Part shown: positions 12,183-27,011 of the stretch, in pieces
Position numbering within the stretch: the first letter of the stretch is position 1
Layout of the letters: every line of letters begins with the position of its first letter
NCBI RefSeq assembly: GCF_009914755.1
Contig: NC_060942.1
From: the human T2T-CHM13v2.0 reference genome, Homo sapiens
Length of the DNA: 64,000 nucleotides
Reading direction: 5' to 3' (one strand)
Program-made: the position numbers and the translations under genes
Notes under the pieces: model-generated
The model's input: the letters and a program-made list of their open reading frames with translations, nothing else
What the model was told of the DNA's origin: nothing
The model's database searches: none

Positions 12183-12557
12183 TGCTGTGGTTTCAATGTA
12201 CTCTCCAAAGTTCATATGTTGGAAACTTAATCTCCAATGCACCAGTGTTGACAGGTGGGGCCTAGTAAGAAGTGATTAGGTCATGAGGGCTCTGCCCTAA
12301 CGAATGAATAAATGTTGCCCTCTTGAGACTAGGTTTGTTATAACAGTGAATTTAGCCCCTTCTTGCTCTCTTGCTTTTGTGCTCTCTTGCCCTTCCACTT
12401 TTCACCATAGGATGACATAGCATGAAAGCCCTAGCCAGATGGGGGCCCCTCAATCTTGGACTTCTCAGTCTCTAGAACTGTAAGAAATAAACCTCTGTTT
12501 TGCATAACTTACCCAGTCTCAGGTATTCTGTTATAGTAACACGAAACAAACTATGAC
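12183..12557 (+). mobile_element. MaLR solo LTR (MSTC/MSTD-like)
   Basis: TGCTGTGGTTT.AATGT...GTGATTAGGTCATGAGGGCTCTGCCCT...TCTTGGACTTC.CAG.CTC.AGAACTGTAAGAAATAAA...CCCAGTCTCAGGTATTCTGTTATAG. Confidence 0.9.
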
Positions 12558-12786
12558 CATAGTAAAAAATAATTGAAGCAGTTATCTATTTAACTGAAGA
12601 ATTCAATTCTGTTGACATTGGAATATTTTAGGAATAACTCATTCCCACTCCCATCTTTTTCACTTTATATTATAGGTAAGTAAGCCAACCATCTCCAAAT
12701 TTTCCTATATGGATATTACGTCAGGTAACACACTGATAAACACACAAAGACTGTGTTTGAAATGCCTACTTATAAAGAATCTTGTC

Positions 12787-13102
<316 letters not shown>

Positions 13103-16100
13103 TTATAATTGTTTGTTGGTTATTTTTCATCCCTATCATCATTTGGGTTTGATGAATATAAATATGCATGTAATATACTATACCTTTGCTTCGCTTATTT
13201 TTTCTCTCTGGTCTTCCCTCATTAACAAAGCCCTGTGTACCTACAATGTTGGAACATGGGTTGGAAGTATGGGATCAATGGGATTCCTATAGTATGTTCT
13301 ATGTTGGCAGTTCATTAAAGAAGATTCAGGGGTTGCTGGATGAGACAATGACAAAATCAGGCAAGAGAACTCAGATAGGATTATTTCTGTGGTTGCTATT
13401 TTAGCATTTTTGCAGTCCACATATATGTGTGTCTTCAGTCATTATGCTTTCATGCTCATTTTCTTTATGTTAATACAGGAACATAAAAATAATTTTGCTG
13501 ACATAAAGATCACAGAAAATTCAAACTGGCTTTATGTCTCATGACAAACAAATAGAATTTATCTTCTGAACCTGCTAAAGTGAGATTTGTAAATGATATG
13601 AGCCATAACTGAAGCATCCAGTCAGGTGTCTCCTACCTAGATTGATTAGAGCAATTATTCTTAAGCATGGCAATGCTCATCTCAAACCCATTCCTCTCCT
13701 CTGGGTCAATGATAAGTATAAGACAAGGGTATACATTCTTAACTAGGGAAAATGCAACCTAATAAAATGAAAAATGATGGCAAAAATAGAAGAACTAGCA
13801 AAAGAGAAACTAGAGATGTATTTTTGTGATAGAAATATTTCCTGGGAAAATGTAAACTTGGGGTAAATATACATATTCTGCTCTAACACAGAGATGTGGA
13901 ACTGAAGAATCCCACGTGAATGCTAAACTGTAGATAGATAAGGTTGATAACAATCTGATAAAATGAAACTACTGCATGTTATACTGTTAGTTTTGACTTA
14001 TATAATGAGGTTGGTCATTCATACAAGCTAGGCAGGAAACAAAGGCAGATGTCAAACTATCATGTAAGCACAGCTGTTTAAATTAATTTCATCATTACCT
14101 ATGAGCTGCTCTGACCTTGTAAGTTCCGCTGAGTAGAGTACTTAAGTTCTGAGACCTGTCAATAAATATGTGGCTGCTGATCCACTTCCAACAGGGCATG
14201 ACATGGTCATAACGTTTTGCAGCCTCCCGTTTCTACAAATGGTAATGACCATGGATTCCAAAGAGATTGCTTTATAGCATGTGTTGTACCATCAGAAATG
14301 GTATATTCAACAGAAGCTTAGTAATCACTATAGGCTGATTTGAAGTAGATGGCGAACCAAATCTGTAAGAATGCCATGAAGATTTAAAAAACAAATGAAC
14401 AAACAAAAAGCAGAAAACAAAACTGTAAAAACCCCTGGCTGAAGTTTGTATGTACTCCAAGCTTTATACATAGAACAAAATTATTTGCATCTGGCCTTAT
14501 TGGACTTAAATATCTAGTCTTTGTTGGAAAAGCATTGAGGTTGAATTATAATGGCTATGATAATTTAGGGCTGTGTGGTTGGTTACTTGTAGAGAAACCC
14601 AAGATGACAATGATAAATTTTATAGTAAATTTACGGTAGGTTTAGACGTGAATGTCAGCCAATTAAATGAGCAATCAAACCACAAATATAATTAGTTTCC
14701 TTTGAAATGCCAGCTCCATGGAGAGCCCCATTACTTGACAAAAATAGACAACTTATAGAAGAAATCCATCAAAATATATTGTCTGGAACTAAATAAGAGC
14801 TGAGGTAGCAACTGTGTTTATTAAGGAGGGAAACCTAATTTGGAATCACAGTGAACAATTAAATTTTAAGTAAAATATACTGAGAGTCAGTGACAAGTTA
14901 CAGGCTTGAGAATAAAAACTAAACTTCCTGTAATTTTTTTCTCTGTGTGTATATATACACACACATACATATAAAATAATATATAATTACACAAACTACA
15001 CATTTATTTGTTCCAATATGTGAACCAACATTTGGGAAATTTATGTTCCCAAAATTTCCATTAAGTAGCTACAAGCTCAGAGGCTTAAGGACCAGGAAAT
15101 TAATATGAACATTAACATGAAGTGCTCAGTGTTATAAAATATAGTAGCAAATGATGGGTGATAGGGCCATTTGGGAGCTCAAGACATAAAGTCATTCCCA
15201 TTCAACTTTGTGACCTAAAAACCGCCTTTGGGCTCATTCAAATGCTGGTGATTTGACCAGCTGACTTTCAGATTTGGGAACTCAGAATGAAACCATTAAA
15301 TAATCACTTAAGCCAAATTCACCTGCAAATATGCTATGTAAGGATGAGAGAGATTTTACTATTCCAAGATTGAAACTATGAAGCAACACCAGAATTTGTG
15401 CATAATATTACTAAATAATGCTTCTGAATCACATAGACATATTTTTAGGACTGTCTCCTGAGAAATCTGACTATAATAAGAAAATATCTTTTTGTGATTT
15501 GTTTTGAATATCTGTTGAAATTGCTCTGCTAATGAATTTCATTCAACAGACTTAGATCACACTTTCATGTTTATTGATAGCACTTTGCTCAGTTATTTCG
15601 CGGACTTGTGGACCATTTTTACCATTGATCACTAGTATCTATTCTACTTAATTATAGTTCTGTTGGTATCTCAGTAATTTCCATTTAATTTGCTTCCATG
15701 GAAGTGGTTGGAAACTGAAACTTTTAAACATTTCCATTACTCCAAGATATGTTTCTGTCTGGTAGAATTTATCTGTTTTCAAAAAAGAATATATTCTCTG
15801 GGGAAAATAATTAGAAACCTTTTTTGTTCTACGTAACGGGTTCTTGCAATGTAAAACTTTACTTGTAAGTGAATTATCAGGATTTCAAATATATCCATAT
15901 TAAATATTACATAAGTGTAAAATATCTTAAGCTGTGTAACTTTTTTTGAAATGAGCCATTTTAGTACCATTGGCCACATTTCTGAAGTATGCCATTATTA
16001 CTCAAAAACTTTGTAAATAAATGAATGGATGAATACACTATACATACAGCTCTTAATAGAAATTGTAAAATATACATTTAGAAAAAAATTCTCAATACAT

Positions 16101-19100
16101 GCTTTATCAGTACTGAAAAAAGGTACTAATTTTGATTTATTCAGAAAGCAAAAGCAATAGTAGCACTGGTTTTTAAACAGGTTACAAATGAATTTCTTCT
16201 TGCATCAATAATGTCAGAATCACTAATTAAAATAGTGTATATTAAAACTCACAACCCGTATTTCTAACCTGAGAAGTTTAGCTTATATTAAAGAAGGAAA
16301 CATATCTTTCAACATACCTGTAAAAAGTAGACCTGAACATTTAGGTTAAGATGATGAGAGTAGAATACTCTAATCATCATCATTAATCATCCTCATGCCG
16401 CTCTGTGGATTCCTCATCTCACAGTACCACAATATCCTAATTTCACAATATTTGTGAGTGCTGGGAGGAATTTTATATATCTGAGTTGACCATATGTTGA
16501 TCCTATGTATTGAAGCATGATGTCTTTCTTATTTATTTAAAACTCAGCCTGAAAAACATAAGATGATATCCTATAAATGTATTTATAAGCTTTTATTATT
16601 TTCTGATGCTTGAAACCCATTGTTTCAATAAAAGATGGATATAACATAATAAAAATCAGGAATGTTCCTCGAAGTCCAGAATCCTTAGTCATTATATTAA
16701 ATTTTCCCTGGCATTACCATTGGAAGCCTGGGATTTACTCTACATATGATGGTGTCAATAAGACACTAAAACTGTGTCACTAAGTTGGTTATGCTGAAGT
16801 GGTGTCAGTGGTTCTAGATTTAGGGTAAAAACAAAAAAGAGAGAAAGTGAAGGCAAGAAATTGTTAAAACTCTGAATTCAGGTTTGGAAGTTAGGTGACT
16901 TTTTTTTTAGGCCATATGTTGGAGTTTTGTACCAATGCATGTTTCTCTATCTGTATAGGTCATGGATGGCGGCATAAGTTTGTCTGTTCTTCATATATGT
17001 TAGTAACAAGACAGACAACATTTTTGGCATTTAGTGGTTGTGTTAAAATTTCATGATTAGATATGTTGTAAATTTTAAAACAGCAATCACATTTTCAGAT
17101 ACTCTGAACCAGATGCTCAGCATTAAAAGTCTAACTTTCCCATATGCTTCCCCTGCAGGCTAACTCAATTGGAAAACCTCTGCCCTATTGGTTCTCCAAG
17201 ACAATGGCATTGTCACCAATCTAATCATGTCTTGAACTATATTGTTGAATACCCAGAGTGATTTCTCTAGGTAGATGCGATGAAGCAGCAGGAGTAACTC
17301 TGGGAAATGCATGTGACAGATGTTTTTAAAATCAAATCCATCAAATATTACTACTTTAAATTCACTCAAAATTGATTAGACCCACTCCTGTGATCTTGCC
17401 TCATACTGGTTTTGTTTAGTTTAGTTAATGTTGCAATTAATCTCTGCAAAAATCTAATTCATCCCCAAGCTTATTTCATGCCATGATCTGTTTGTGTAAA
17501 TCTTCTGAAGCAAAATACCCTGTCTAATTTGATCTGTTGTCATGATTGAAAATACTAAGTTGATATCACTTTGTTTCTACACTGATATAATTAAAATGCC
17601 CACGCTTTTCTAATTAATCTAATCTAAAATTGCTTTGGCTATTAGATATCCTAATAGAATGTAATGCATTGTTTTTTTTCTTATCTCTGTCATTAGTCAA
17701 GATAATTAATTTTGCCAAGTTTGAAACACACCCAATATTTATTTGCATATTTAGATTTCAATCTAAGCCAGACTTCTTTGTCGAATATTATCCATTACTA
17801 TTAAATAGAATTACTCTAAAAAGCCATGTTAACAACGTTCAAAGTAGAATATATAAGAAGTAATGTGTTATTTGCATACATACTGTTTACATTTAAATAT
17901 ATATGTACATAGGTGTACATATTCAAATTAATATATTTAGAGTTAGGCCTAATAAATATAATATATTTAATACAAGATATTAAGTAAGACACATTATATG
18001 TAATACTATATTTAGGTACATACATAATATATTTATATACCCAAATAATTATTTATAATGTTTATGATATACTTTCTGTTATATTTCAATAAACAAATTA
18101 AATACTCTTTACATTACACACTGTAAGTAAGAAATATAAAAAAGTAAATAAAGACTTAGAAATTCAGTAAATGGCCAGTCCATTTTGGATATATTGATTG
18201 TCATTATGGTTCATGTTTAGTTTTTAGAAATAAGAAATGTGAATATTTTATCATAATTATTTTAGGGTATAAGAACATAAAGTGGTGGATACTCTTCATT
18301 TTAATTGCTTATTTTCAAAATTGATATTAAATAGTAGCACTTACATTACAAATGCAAATTTAAATTGCATAATATATTAAATTTATACAAGGTATTAAAT
18401 ATGCTGATGAAGCTACTCTTTAAAAACATCCCTAAACTCATTTTACAAATACTCTGACTGAAAGCAAAAACAAGAGTATGTAAATAATAATGAACGTGAT
18501 AATGTTGGTTGTAAGATATTTTGATAAATTGTTGTGTTTAAGTGTGATTAAAAGCAGCTAATATACTCAAAGATATCTGCATCTCACAAAAATCTTTTAA
18601 AATATTCTATTTGGAAAAATAATCCTGTTTTTAATTGCTTCATTGAATATTTTATAATGTATTTTATTATTTAAAACACTTTTGAAAAAATATAACCCCA
18701 TATTTTTTAGCTTTGACTGTATTTTCCTCCTCATATTTAAATTCAATACTTTATTTTATTTTTCAAAGGGATATTTTTACTGATTTTGCAAAGAGGGTTA
18801 CAACTTCAGTTCAGAAATATGCCTTGTATAGCTTAAAGACTTAAAAAGTCAACTTTTTCCAAAAACCATTTTTAAAGAAATTTTTATTGATAATAAAATA
18901 AATGAATGGGAAGACTTACAACATTGAGATAAAATTGCTATGTAAAAGCATTTTTAATGGAGAAATTCATTTTGTATTTGCATATGTTTAGAGAAACATG
19001 CAGTTTAATTTGAATTCATAGGGATTCTGCAACTAAACGACACTTAGGTTTCTATTTATTAAGTTCATGGGCCCTACCTCAATTTTTTTTTTCTACCAAC

Positions 19101-19259
19101 GTATTCCATCTCCTTCCCATATTTTTCATATTAACCTATATGGCACAGGTTTATCCAGTCCTTCATCCGGTCACATATTCATATTATAATGATTATATAA
19201 GCTATAACTTTATAAATACGTTACAAAATGTGGATTGTTTTGATATAGTGATTAAGAAG

Positions 19260-20030
19260 ACAAAATATATGGAAAACTACTCAGTATCGCTAGGCATCAT
19301 GGAAATGCAAATTAAACAATGCTGAAATACCCTTAGGCACCCACCAGATTATTTAAATTAAAAAGACTAATAATGCAAAATGTTGGCAAGGATATGGAAG
19401 AGCTGGTGTGCACGTATATTATTGGTGGAATGTAAAGATGAAGTTATCACTTTGGAAAACTCTTTGACAATTTCCTGTAAATATATGTCTTCCTTATAAA
19501 CCAGCAATTCTACTTCTAGGTATATATCCTAGAGATACAAGTGCATCGGTATATAAAATTGCCAAAAGAAGGTATTCATAGGAGCTTTATTCATAGTAGC
19601 AAAAATCTGGAAACAACCCTAGTATACATCAACAATAAAATAAACAATTTTGATGAGTCAAAAATAGAATACTGAACAGTAATTAATGCACAAATTGATG
19701 TACACTACAATATGAATAAATCTTAAAAACATTCTGAGGGAACAAAATTAAAATAGTTCCTACTCTAAAAATATATTTAAGTGAAGCTCAAGAAAAGGCA
19801 AACCTATCCATTATGATAGAACTCAGAATAGAGGTTATTCCAGTGGGAAGATTTTAACCATAATAGGGCACAAAAGTTTAGCAGAGATGGAAATGTTTTA
19901 TCTCTTGATTTTGTTGGTGTAGACATATACATAAATATACACACACATACACATATGAATATTAATCATGTGATACAGTTAAGATTTATAGATTTTGCCA
20001 AATGTAAATTATGTCAATAAATAAAAGAAA
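19260..20030 (+). mobile_element. Old L1 (L1MC/MD/ME-like) 3' region
   Basis: GGAAATGCAAATTAAA...TGTTGGCAAGGATATGGA...CCAGCAATTCTACTTCTAGGTATATA...TGTAAATTATGTCAATAAA. Confidence 0.8.
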
Positions 20031-20118
20031 TACAGTGAGTTGTTACTTAATTAAAATTAGAGGGTTTTTATCAGCATTGATGAGACTAAAACATAAAATA
20101 CATAAAGACCTTAAAATC

Positions 20119-21049
20119 ACAGGCAACCTACAGAATGGGAGAAAATTTTTGCAATCTCTCCATCTGACAAAGGTCTAATATCCAGCATCTATAAGGAACT
20201 TAAACAAATTTACATGAAAAAAATGCCCCATCAAAAAGTGGGCAAAGGATATGAACAGACACTTCTCAAAAGAAGACATCTGCAGCCAACAAATATGTGA
20301 AAAATAGTTCATTATCACTGGTCATTAGAGAAATGCAAATCAAAACCACAATGAGATACCATTTCATACCGTTAGAATGGCAATCATTAAAAAGTCTGTA
20401 AATAACAGATGCTGGCAAGGACTCAGAGAAATAAGAACACATTTACAGTGTTGGTGGGAGTATAAATTAGTTCAACCATTGTGGAAGACAGTGTGGTGAT
20501 TCCTCGAGGATCTAGAACCACAAATACCATTTGATCCAGCAATCCCCAAAGGATTATAAATCTATAAAGACACATGCACACGTATGTTTATTGCAGCACT
20601 ATTTACAATAGTAAAGACTTGGAACCAACCCAAATGTCCATAATTGATAGACTAGATAAAGAAAATGTGGCACATATATACCATGGAATACTACACAGCC
20701 ATAAAAAATGAGTTCATGTCCTTTGCAGAGACGTGGGTGAAGCTGGAAACCATCATCCTCAGCAAACTAACACAGAAACAGAAAACCAAATGCCACATGT
20801 TCTCACTCATAACTAGGAATTGAACAATGAGAACACATGGACAAAGGGGAACATCACACAACAGGGCATTATCGGGGGGTGGGGAGTGAGGGGAGTGAGA
20901 GCCTTAGGACAAATACCTAATGCATGTGGGGCTTAAATCCTAGATGATGGGTTGATAGGTGCAGCAAACCACCATGACACACGTATACTTGTGTAACAAA
21001 CTTGCACATTCTGCACATGCATCCCAGAACTTAAAAAAAAAAAAAAAAA
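20119..21049 (+). mobile_element. 5'-truncated L1PA (L1PA8-10-like)
   Basis: ORF2 C-terminal region and 3'UTR (CAACCTACAGAATGGGAGAAAA...GGTGCAGCAAACCACCATG...CCCAGAACTT) with poly(A); possible short TSD AAAATC. Confidence 0.93.
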
Positions 21050-21623
21050 TCTGAGTCTAATTCTTCTTCAGCCTGACTACCCCTGCTTTTCTCAAGAAAT
21101 ATGTCATATAGCACACTTCCAATCAACACTCAAAAACTCTTATTTCCTTGGGAATAAAGAAGCAGATTTCAAATTATAGATTATTGTGCACAGTGTCTAC
21201 TTCTAAAACTGAGTTACTGTATTTGAAGACTGGTGAAAGTTTCAACGAACACAACAATAACCATAGATAGATACTTATACATGGTGAAGACTGTACCATT
21301 ACATGGATTATTTCACTGTTCCTCATGGCAATATTAATGAAATGGATACTATTTTGTAACCTTAGTGAGCCATGGAGCTGTACCTCAAACCCAGTCACAC
21401 TGCCTTTAGAAGACCTGTCCTTAACAATATATTATTTTTGTGCTAGATATTCTGATCGTAATGATCATATGACCAAAACAGTTGGCCCATTTTGAATCAA
21501 TCTACATTTAGATCATTGTAAGTAATTAGATGAATCACTTGCTTATTGGCAGGTAAGCTATTGTGATTTCTTAAGCATATATTTGAAGTTAAACTGTTCT
21601 TTGGAACATATGGATAATTATTT

Positions 21624-21914
21624 TTTTTATTACATTTTAAGTTTTAGGGTACATGTGCACAACGTGCAGGTTAGTTACATATGTATACATGTGCCATGTT
21701 GGTGTGCTGCACCCAGTAACTCATCATTTAACATTAGGTATATCTCCTAATGTTATCCCTCCCCCCTCCCCCCTCCCCCCACCCCACAACAGGCCCCGGT
21801 GTGTGATGTTCCCCTTCCTGTGTCCATGTGTTCTCATTGTTCAATTCCCACCTATGAGTGAGAACATGCAGTGTTTGGTTTTTTGTCCTTGCGATAGTTT
21901 GCTGAGAATGATGG
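21624..21914 (-). mobile_element. Young L1PA (L1PA2/3-like) 3'UTR fragment with 12-bp TSD
   Basis: Near-consensus L1 3'UTR; TSD GGATAATTATTT at 21612-21623 and 21916-21927. Confidence 0.95.
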
Positions 21915-23640
21915 GGGATAATTATTTATGTTCTTCCAATGTAGGTACTTAAAGTAGAATGTTTTTCTACTTTAAAATGAAGTGTATTAGCTTTATGAAA
22001 TTTAAAGAGAAGATACAGGAAGGCACCTATGAGAAGGCTCACGTGTTCAAGTCTGAAGAAAAAATCATTGGTTTTAAGTTTGGAATCCCTAAGTTACCTT
22101 TAGAGAGAATGGCTGAATTGCTGCATAAACATCTGAAGCTGGCAGGAGGAAATTTGGAAGACCAAAATTAGGCCATCCCAGAAACCTACTTTATGATGAT
22201 ATCTGTGTGATGGAGTAATGTAGAGGAATTGACATCTCCATTTAATTTAATTCCCAAGGGAGTTCAAGAAAATCCTTTATGTATCTTATTTAATATGTGT
22301 TCTTCCCCTACACAATTAAAATTAGAATGCAACTAAGACTCTACTAAGGGAAGGAAAATACAAATGTAAAATGATCATTCTTTCAATTCCCTTAGAAGTT
22401 TGATAAGTGAGAGAAGGAATGTCAACAATTATGCTCAGATTCTAGACTATCACTAGATTTTGCCTCTCGAAAATTCTTCTGCTTCCTGGGAAAATAATTG
22501 CTAATAAGCTGTTTAACAAAGATAATCCCAATCTGACTTTAATTCATTCAAAAATTATTTATAGCAAGTTTAAAATATGAAAAGAACTGAAACCTTTCTG
22601 ATCTGACCAGCTGGCTAAAATCTTGGAACAGAGAGTTTTAGAATGAACATAAGCTTTATGCATTTAGCCGAATTAAACATCATTTAATTTGTATGACTCT
22701 GATTAATCATAGTCACTCTTAAATACAAATGCAATTTTAGATTTCCTCTAGCTCAAGTTTATTGAACACTTTGTTTCTGATGTAGACTAACCTTCAGTTG
22801 GTTGTGTTTAGTTGCTAGTGGCTTTAGATGCCCCTTATGTGAGTGACAGTAATATTTAGAGGGTACATGCATGTGAAGGGAAAATCTTGAAATATTTATG
22901 TTCTACCATAAGGAAATCTCTTTTTTTCTTCAGCTTAGAAGAGGTTATATCCTTACGTACAAACATTATGTTTACAATGTTTTTTAAATAAAATGGTATT
23001 TTTTTATTGCAACTCTTCGTCTACAATAGAGATCGATAGACTTACTTTACCATATGATGAACAAAACCTAAAAAATATTACTTGTGAACTTAACCACAAG
23101 TTTAGACAAACAAATGCACTGAACTGAATTTTGAGTAAACTTATGTATAGCCAAGGATTAAGAAAATTCCATTACAGTCTATAGATAAACTCTTACTACC
23201 ATTAATATATTTTTCAAAAGCTTGTGCATTATGAAGTTCATGTCTCTTTAACCAAAACATATAAAAATATATGGTGAATACTTTGTCAAAACTTGTGGAA
23301 TTCATTAAGTATAAGAATCCACATAATCCAAGTTTACTACTATTTAATTTTAATCCATAGCTGAATAATGAAAGTAAATGAACAGAGCCAAAAACATGTC
23401 ACTTTTGAGAATACATATGTCCTCCAAATAAAGTACATTTATTTGTATTATTCTTTGTCTGTCCATCTTCTCAAGCTCCATTAAAAAAGAAAATATATGG
23501 AAGTGGGTGAAAGCTTGAGGACTAAATGTGTAGCTGCAAGTACATTCTTAATTCAGAACTTAAAAATTTCTAGGTAGTGTTTAAACCTATTCAACCAGAA
23601 AGGGAAACATATTCCACTAAAACCATTGATAAAAAATTAT

Positions 23641-23729
23641 ATGATGGTTACATTCAAAGGCATGTCCTATTTTGCTCTCAAACACAGCAAAATAGCAAAA
23701 TAGAACATGCCTTTGAACATAAGCATCAT
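23641..23729. repeat. Inverted repeat (hairpin), 36-bp arms, 17-nt loop
   Basis: ATGATGGTTACATTCAAAGGCATGTCCTATTTTGCT (23641-23676) vs AGCAAAATAGAACATGCCTTTGAACATAAGCATCAT (23694-23729); 32/36 complementary. Confidence 0.92.
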
Positions 23730-24392
23730 GCATTTAGCTGAAATAAACAATGCATTTGCAAATTTTTGCCTTAGCTTTTGCTATAACTTTAAATGATACA
23801 TGTCCTTGAGAATTATGGTCAAATTTTAAATAAAAATAAAAACTGAAAACGTCTGTTATGTTAGTTTCCATTTCATTATTCACTAGAAATAATGAAACTA
23901 AAATGTTACCTAACATATTTGAAACTCATGACATACCAAATTAAAGCTAAATATATATTAAAATTTTAATTATTTTGTTTATTTAATTTTATAATGGGAG
24001 TGAGAGTACTTTGTCTTTTGAGACTAGAGAAATATGTAAGAGGAAATGCTACAGAATCAAACATTTTTGCATATGTGTCAAGTTATAGAAGAAATTAGCA
24101 AAGAATATCTAACTATATTTGTTTTCAAAAGATTTTTTACGTCTGCCCTTTAATGTTTACAGCTTATCAGCAACTAGAAAATTGAGTCAAGCATTTATGG
24201 TAAGCTGTTTTTACTGAAGTATGTTTGCTGGTTGATAAAGATGTCCTCTGTGAGAAGATAGAAGTAGCTAGTTATCTTCAGCCAGAGGAATATTTTGTAT
24301 TAACATGCGGCAGAGTACTTTGAAAAGTGGTTTATTGAAGTTCTTACTCACTTTAGTTTTATAAAAGGCAATGTGACATAAATCATGGTATG

Positions 24393-24635
<243 letters not shown>

Positions 24636-25411
24636 TGATATTTTTGCGTAACAACTTCCAGTAAAAATTAAAATTAATATGCCACTAGTCATTCTAAAGG
24701 AACATATAATTTAAGCAAGAAATGTCTTTCTTTTCAGTCTTTATTAAAGTGGGTTATTTTTAGTGGTTTCTATCTCTAGGTATCTAATTGTCATTTTAAT
24801 TAACGATAGTTTATAAACAAGTATGTCCAGTTTTAGAAGTTTGTTAATTTCTTCAATAACCATACTAAATTCTAAGTCTGTAGTTACTGGGTACAGGATG
24901 CAGTCTTAAACTGGGATTTATATTCATGATATTCAAGGGTTATTCTTAGGAACAATGGTCCATAAAGTTATGGGGAAATGATAAAACTAGGAATTATCAC
25001 TCCTTCTAGAAAAATGTATACATGCTCATAGATGTAATTTTCTAAAATAAAATCTAATATAATAGTCTCAGATCTCCTAAAATTCATCCATTGCTAGCAG
25101 CAGTAACATCATTTACTTTTACTATGCCAAAAATTTGTAGTATTTTCTTTTTATACATACTACTGCAGGTTCCGTAAAGTTGTTTCTAATGTAGATTTCG
25201 CCTGAGTTTCCCCATGTCAATTTCTGCATGGTGGCAATGTTTCAGTTTTCATTGCCTGTTCTTAATTCCTAAGTTTAGAACATTTGGGTTGCAACAGCAT
25301 TTATCAATGCACCAACACAATCTGCATTCCACTGACATGTACATAATCTTGTCTTGATCTTTGATGTTAAATGTGAGTTTTACACGTTAATACAATTGCT
25401 TGAGAAATTCC

Positions 25412-25510
25412 TTGATGGGTGCAGCAAACCACCATGGCACGTGTATACCTATGTAACAAACATGCACATTCTGCACATGTACCCCATAACTTAAAAGTTT
25501 AATAATAATA
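25412..25510 (+). mobile_element. Short L1PA (L1PA5-7-like) 3' end
   Basis: TTGATGGGTGCAGCAAACCACCATGGCACGTGTATACCTATGTAACAAAC...; degenerate TSD AGAAATTCC/AGAAGTTAC. Confidence 0.9.
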
Positions 25511-27011
25511 AGAAGTTACAAAAGATTGGAAGCTAGCATCATATTATTTCTACTTAGGCAACATGACACCAACTCCTGTATATAAAACAAATTTGTAGAA
25601 ATAAATACTGACATTATAGAGTGGTGTATGCTACAGCGTCAAGCTGTCAGCTGCGTTGGTTTTACCTAAATTCTGAATATAAGAATTTACCCAGTTGCTC
25701 CCAAACTGGCTTTAAGGAAGATACATTCTTCACTAACCTCGTTGCCTACGTCTCCTCTTTTTTTGTGCAAAAGTGTTTACATATTCCATTCTCTTTATCA
25801 GAAATACTTATGCCCTACTAACTATACTTTTGATTGGATTGCTTCAATTTATTTTTGATACTTCAATTTAAATATCTCTTTCTCAGGGATGATTTTTCTG
25901 TACATGTCCTTTCTCTATCAAAGCATGCAATTCATTTTGTTTTCTGAAATTAAAAAGACCAGGGTTTATTATGTTGCATAGAATATGGTATGTGCTCAAG
26001 GAGCATTTCATGTTGAAAATTAAATGTACAAATGAATAGATGAAAGAACAAATGAATGCTATAACATAGTGCATACTGAAGATACACCTGTTTGATGAAT
26101 AAAACATGCTCTTTGCCTTCAGTTTTAGAGATGCTCATGACAAAAACTGAAATAATTGCATTTGGACTTTCCTACATATACTATCTTTATATATAATCTT
26201 GTTTTATACCAAAATCATGATTGTCTATTTTTCATACAATGTTTTTTCAATGTCTTTTCTTCATGTAGTCTCCTACATTCCTTAAGAGCATTAAAACACT
26301 AGATTTCAGAACCAAGGAGAGTTCCAAGTTGATGTCAACCAACAAAAAACTTGGTGCCTGAATTTTGTAGGAGAAAACTAGTAATGTACTTTAATCAGTG
26401 GTTAAAATTGGCCGCTGACTGGGGCCAATGCTGTCTAGCACAATTATTTTAACAATTATCATTTTTACAAACAAGATAGCTGAGAGCTTTCACGTAATTC
26501 AATAGCTGACTTTAAAAATTCAGGATCATTTTTCCCAACTCAATGTTACTTCAACATCACTTGAACCTATGGCTCTGATAATTGATATCAAGGCTGAATT
26601 TCTCTTTTTTGCCTATATGGTTCATAGACATTTAAAAAGTCAACACCTTTTATTTTTACAGAAGACATTGGAACTACCCCTGTTACTTGTGAAAAGTTTT
26701 CAGATAGGAAATGAGACTTTCAAAATGAAGAACAACTTAAGCCATTGTCATGAGCTACTTTTCCTAGGGTTGGTACCTTAAGAAAACTCACTGGTACTCA
26801 TATCCCCAATCCAGGCAAACTTTTTATTCCCAGGATTTACATACTCTTAATAGTTCATCCCACCAGCCTTATCCTGGATTCTGCCACCTCACTTATCCTT
26901 AAGCCTTCCCACTTCCTTTTCATAAAATATTAAATCTATAAATGAAAATTCCAGGATATATATCACATTATCTTTTGCTGTGATATATTCCAGTTTATCT
27001 GATTTTTTAGA

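Noticed and set aside
14281-14312. Small stem-loop TGTTG-TACCAT...ATGGTA-TATT-CAACA; also TTTGGGAA...TTCCCAAA near 15030
   Set aside because: The stems are short or bulged and expected by chance in AT-rich DNA.
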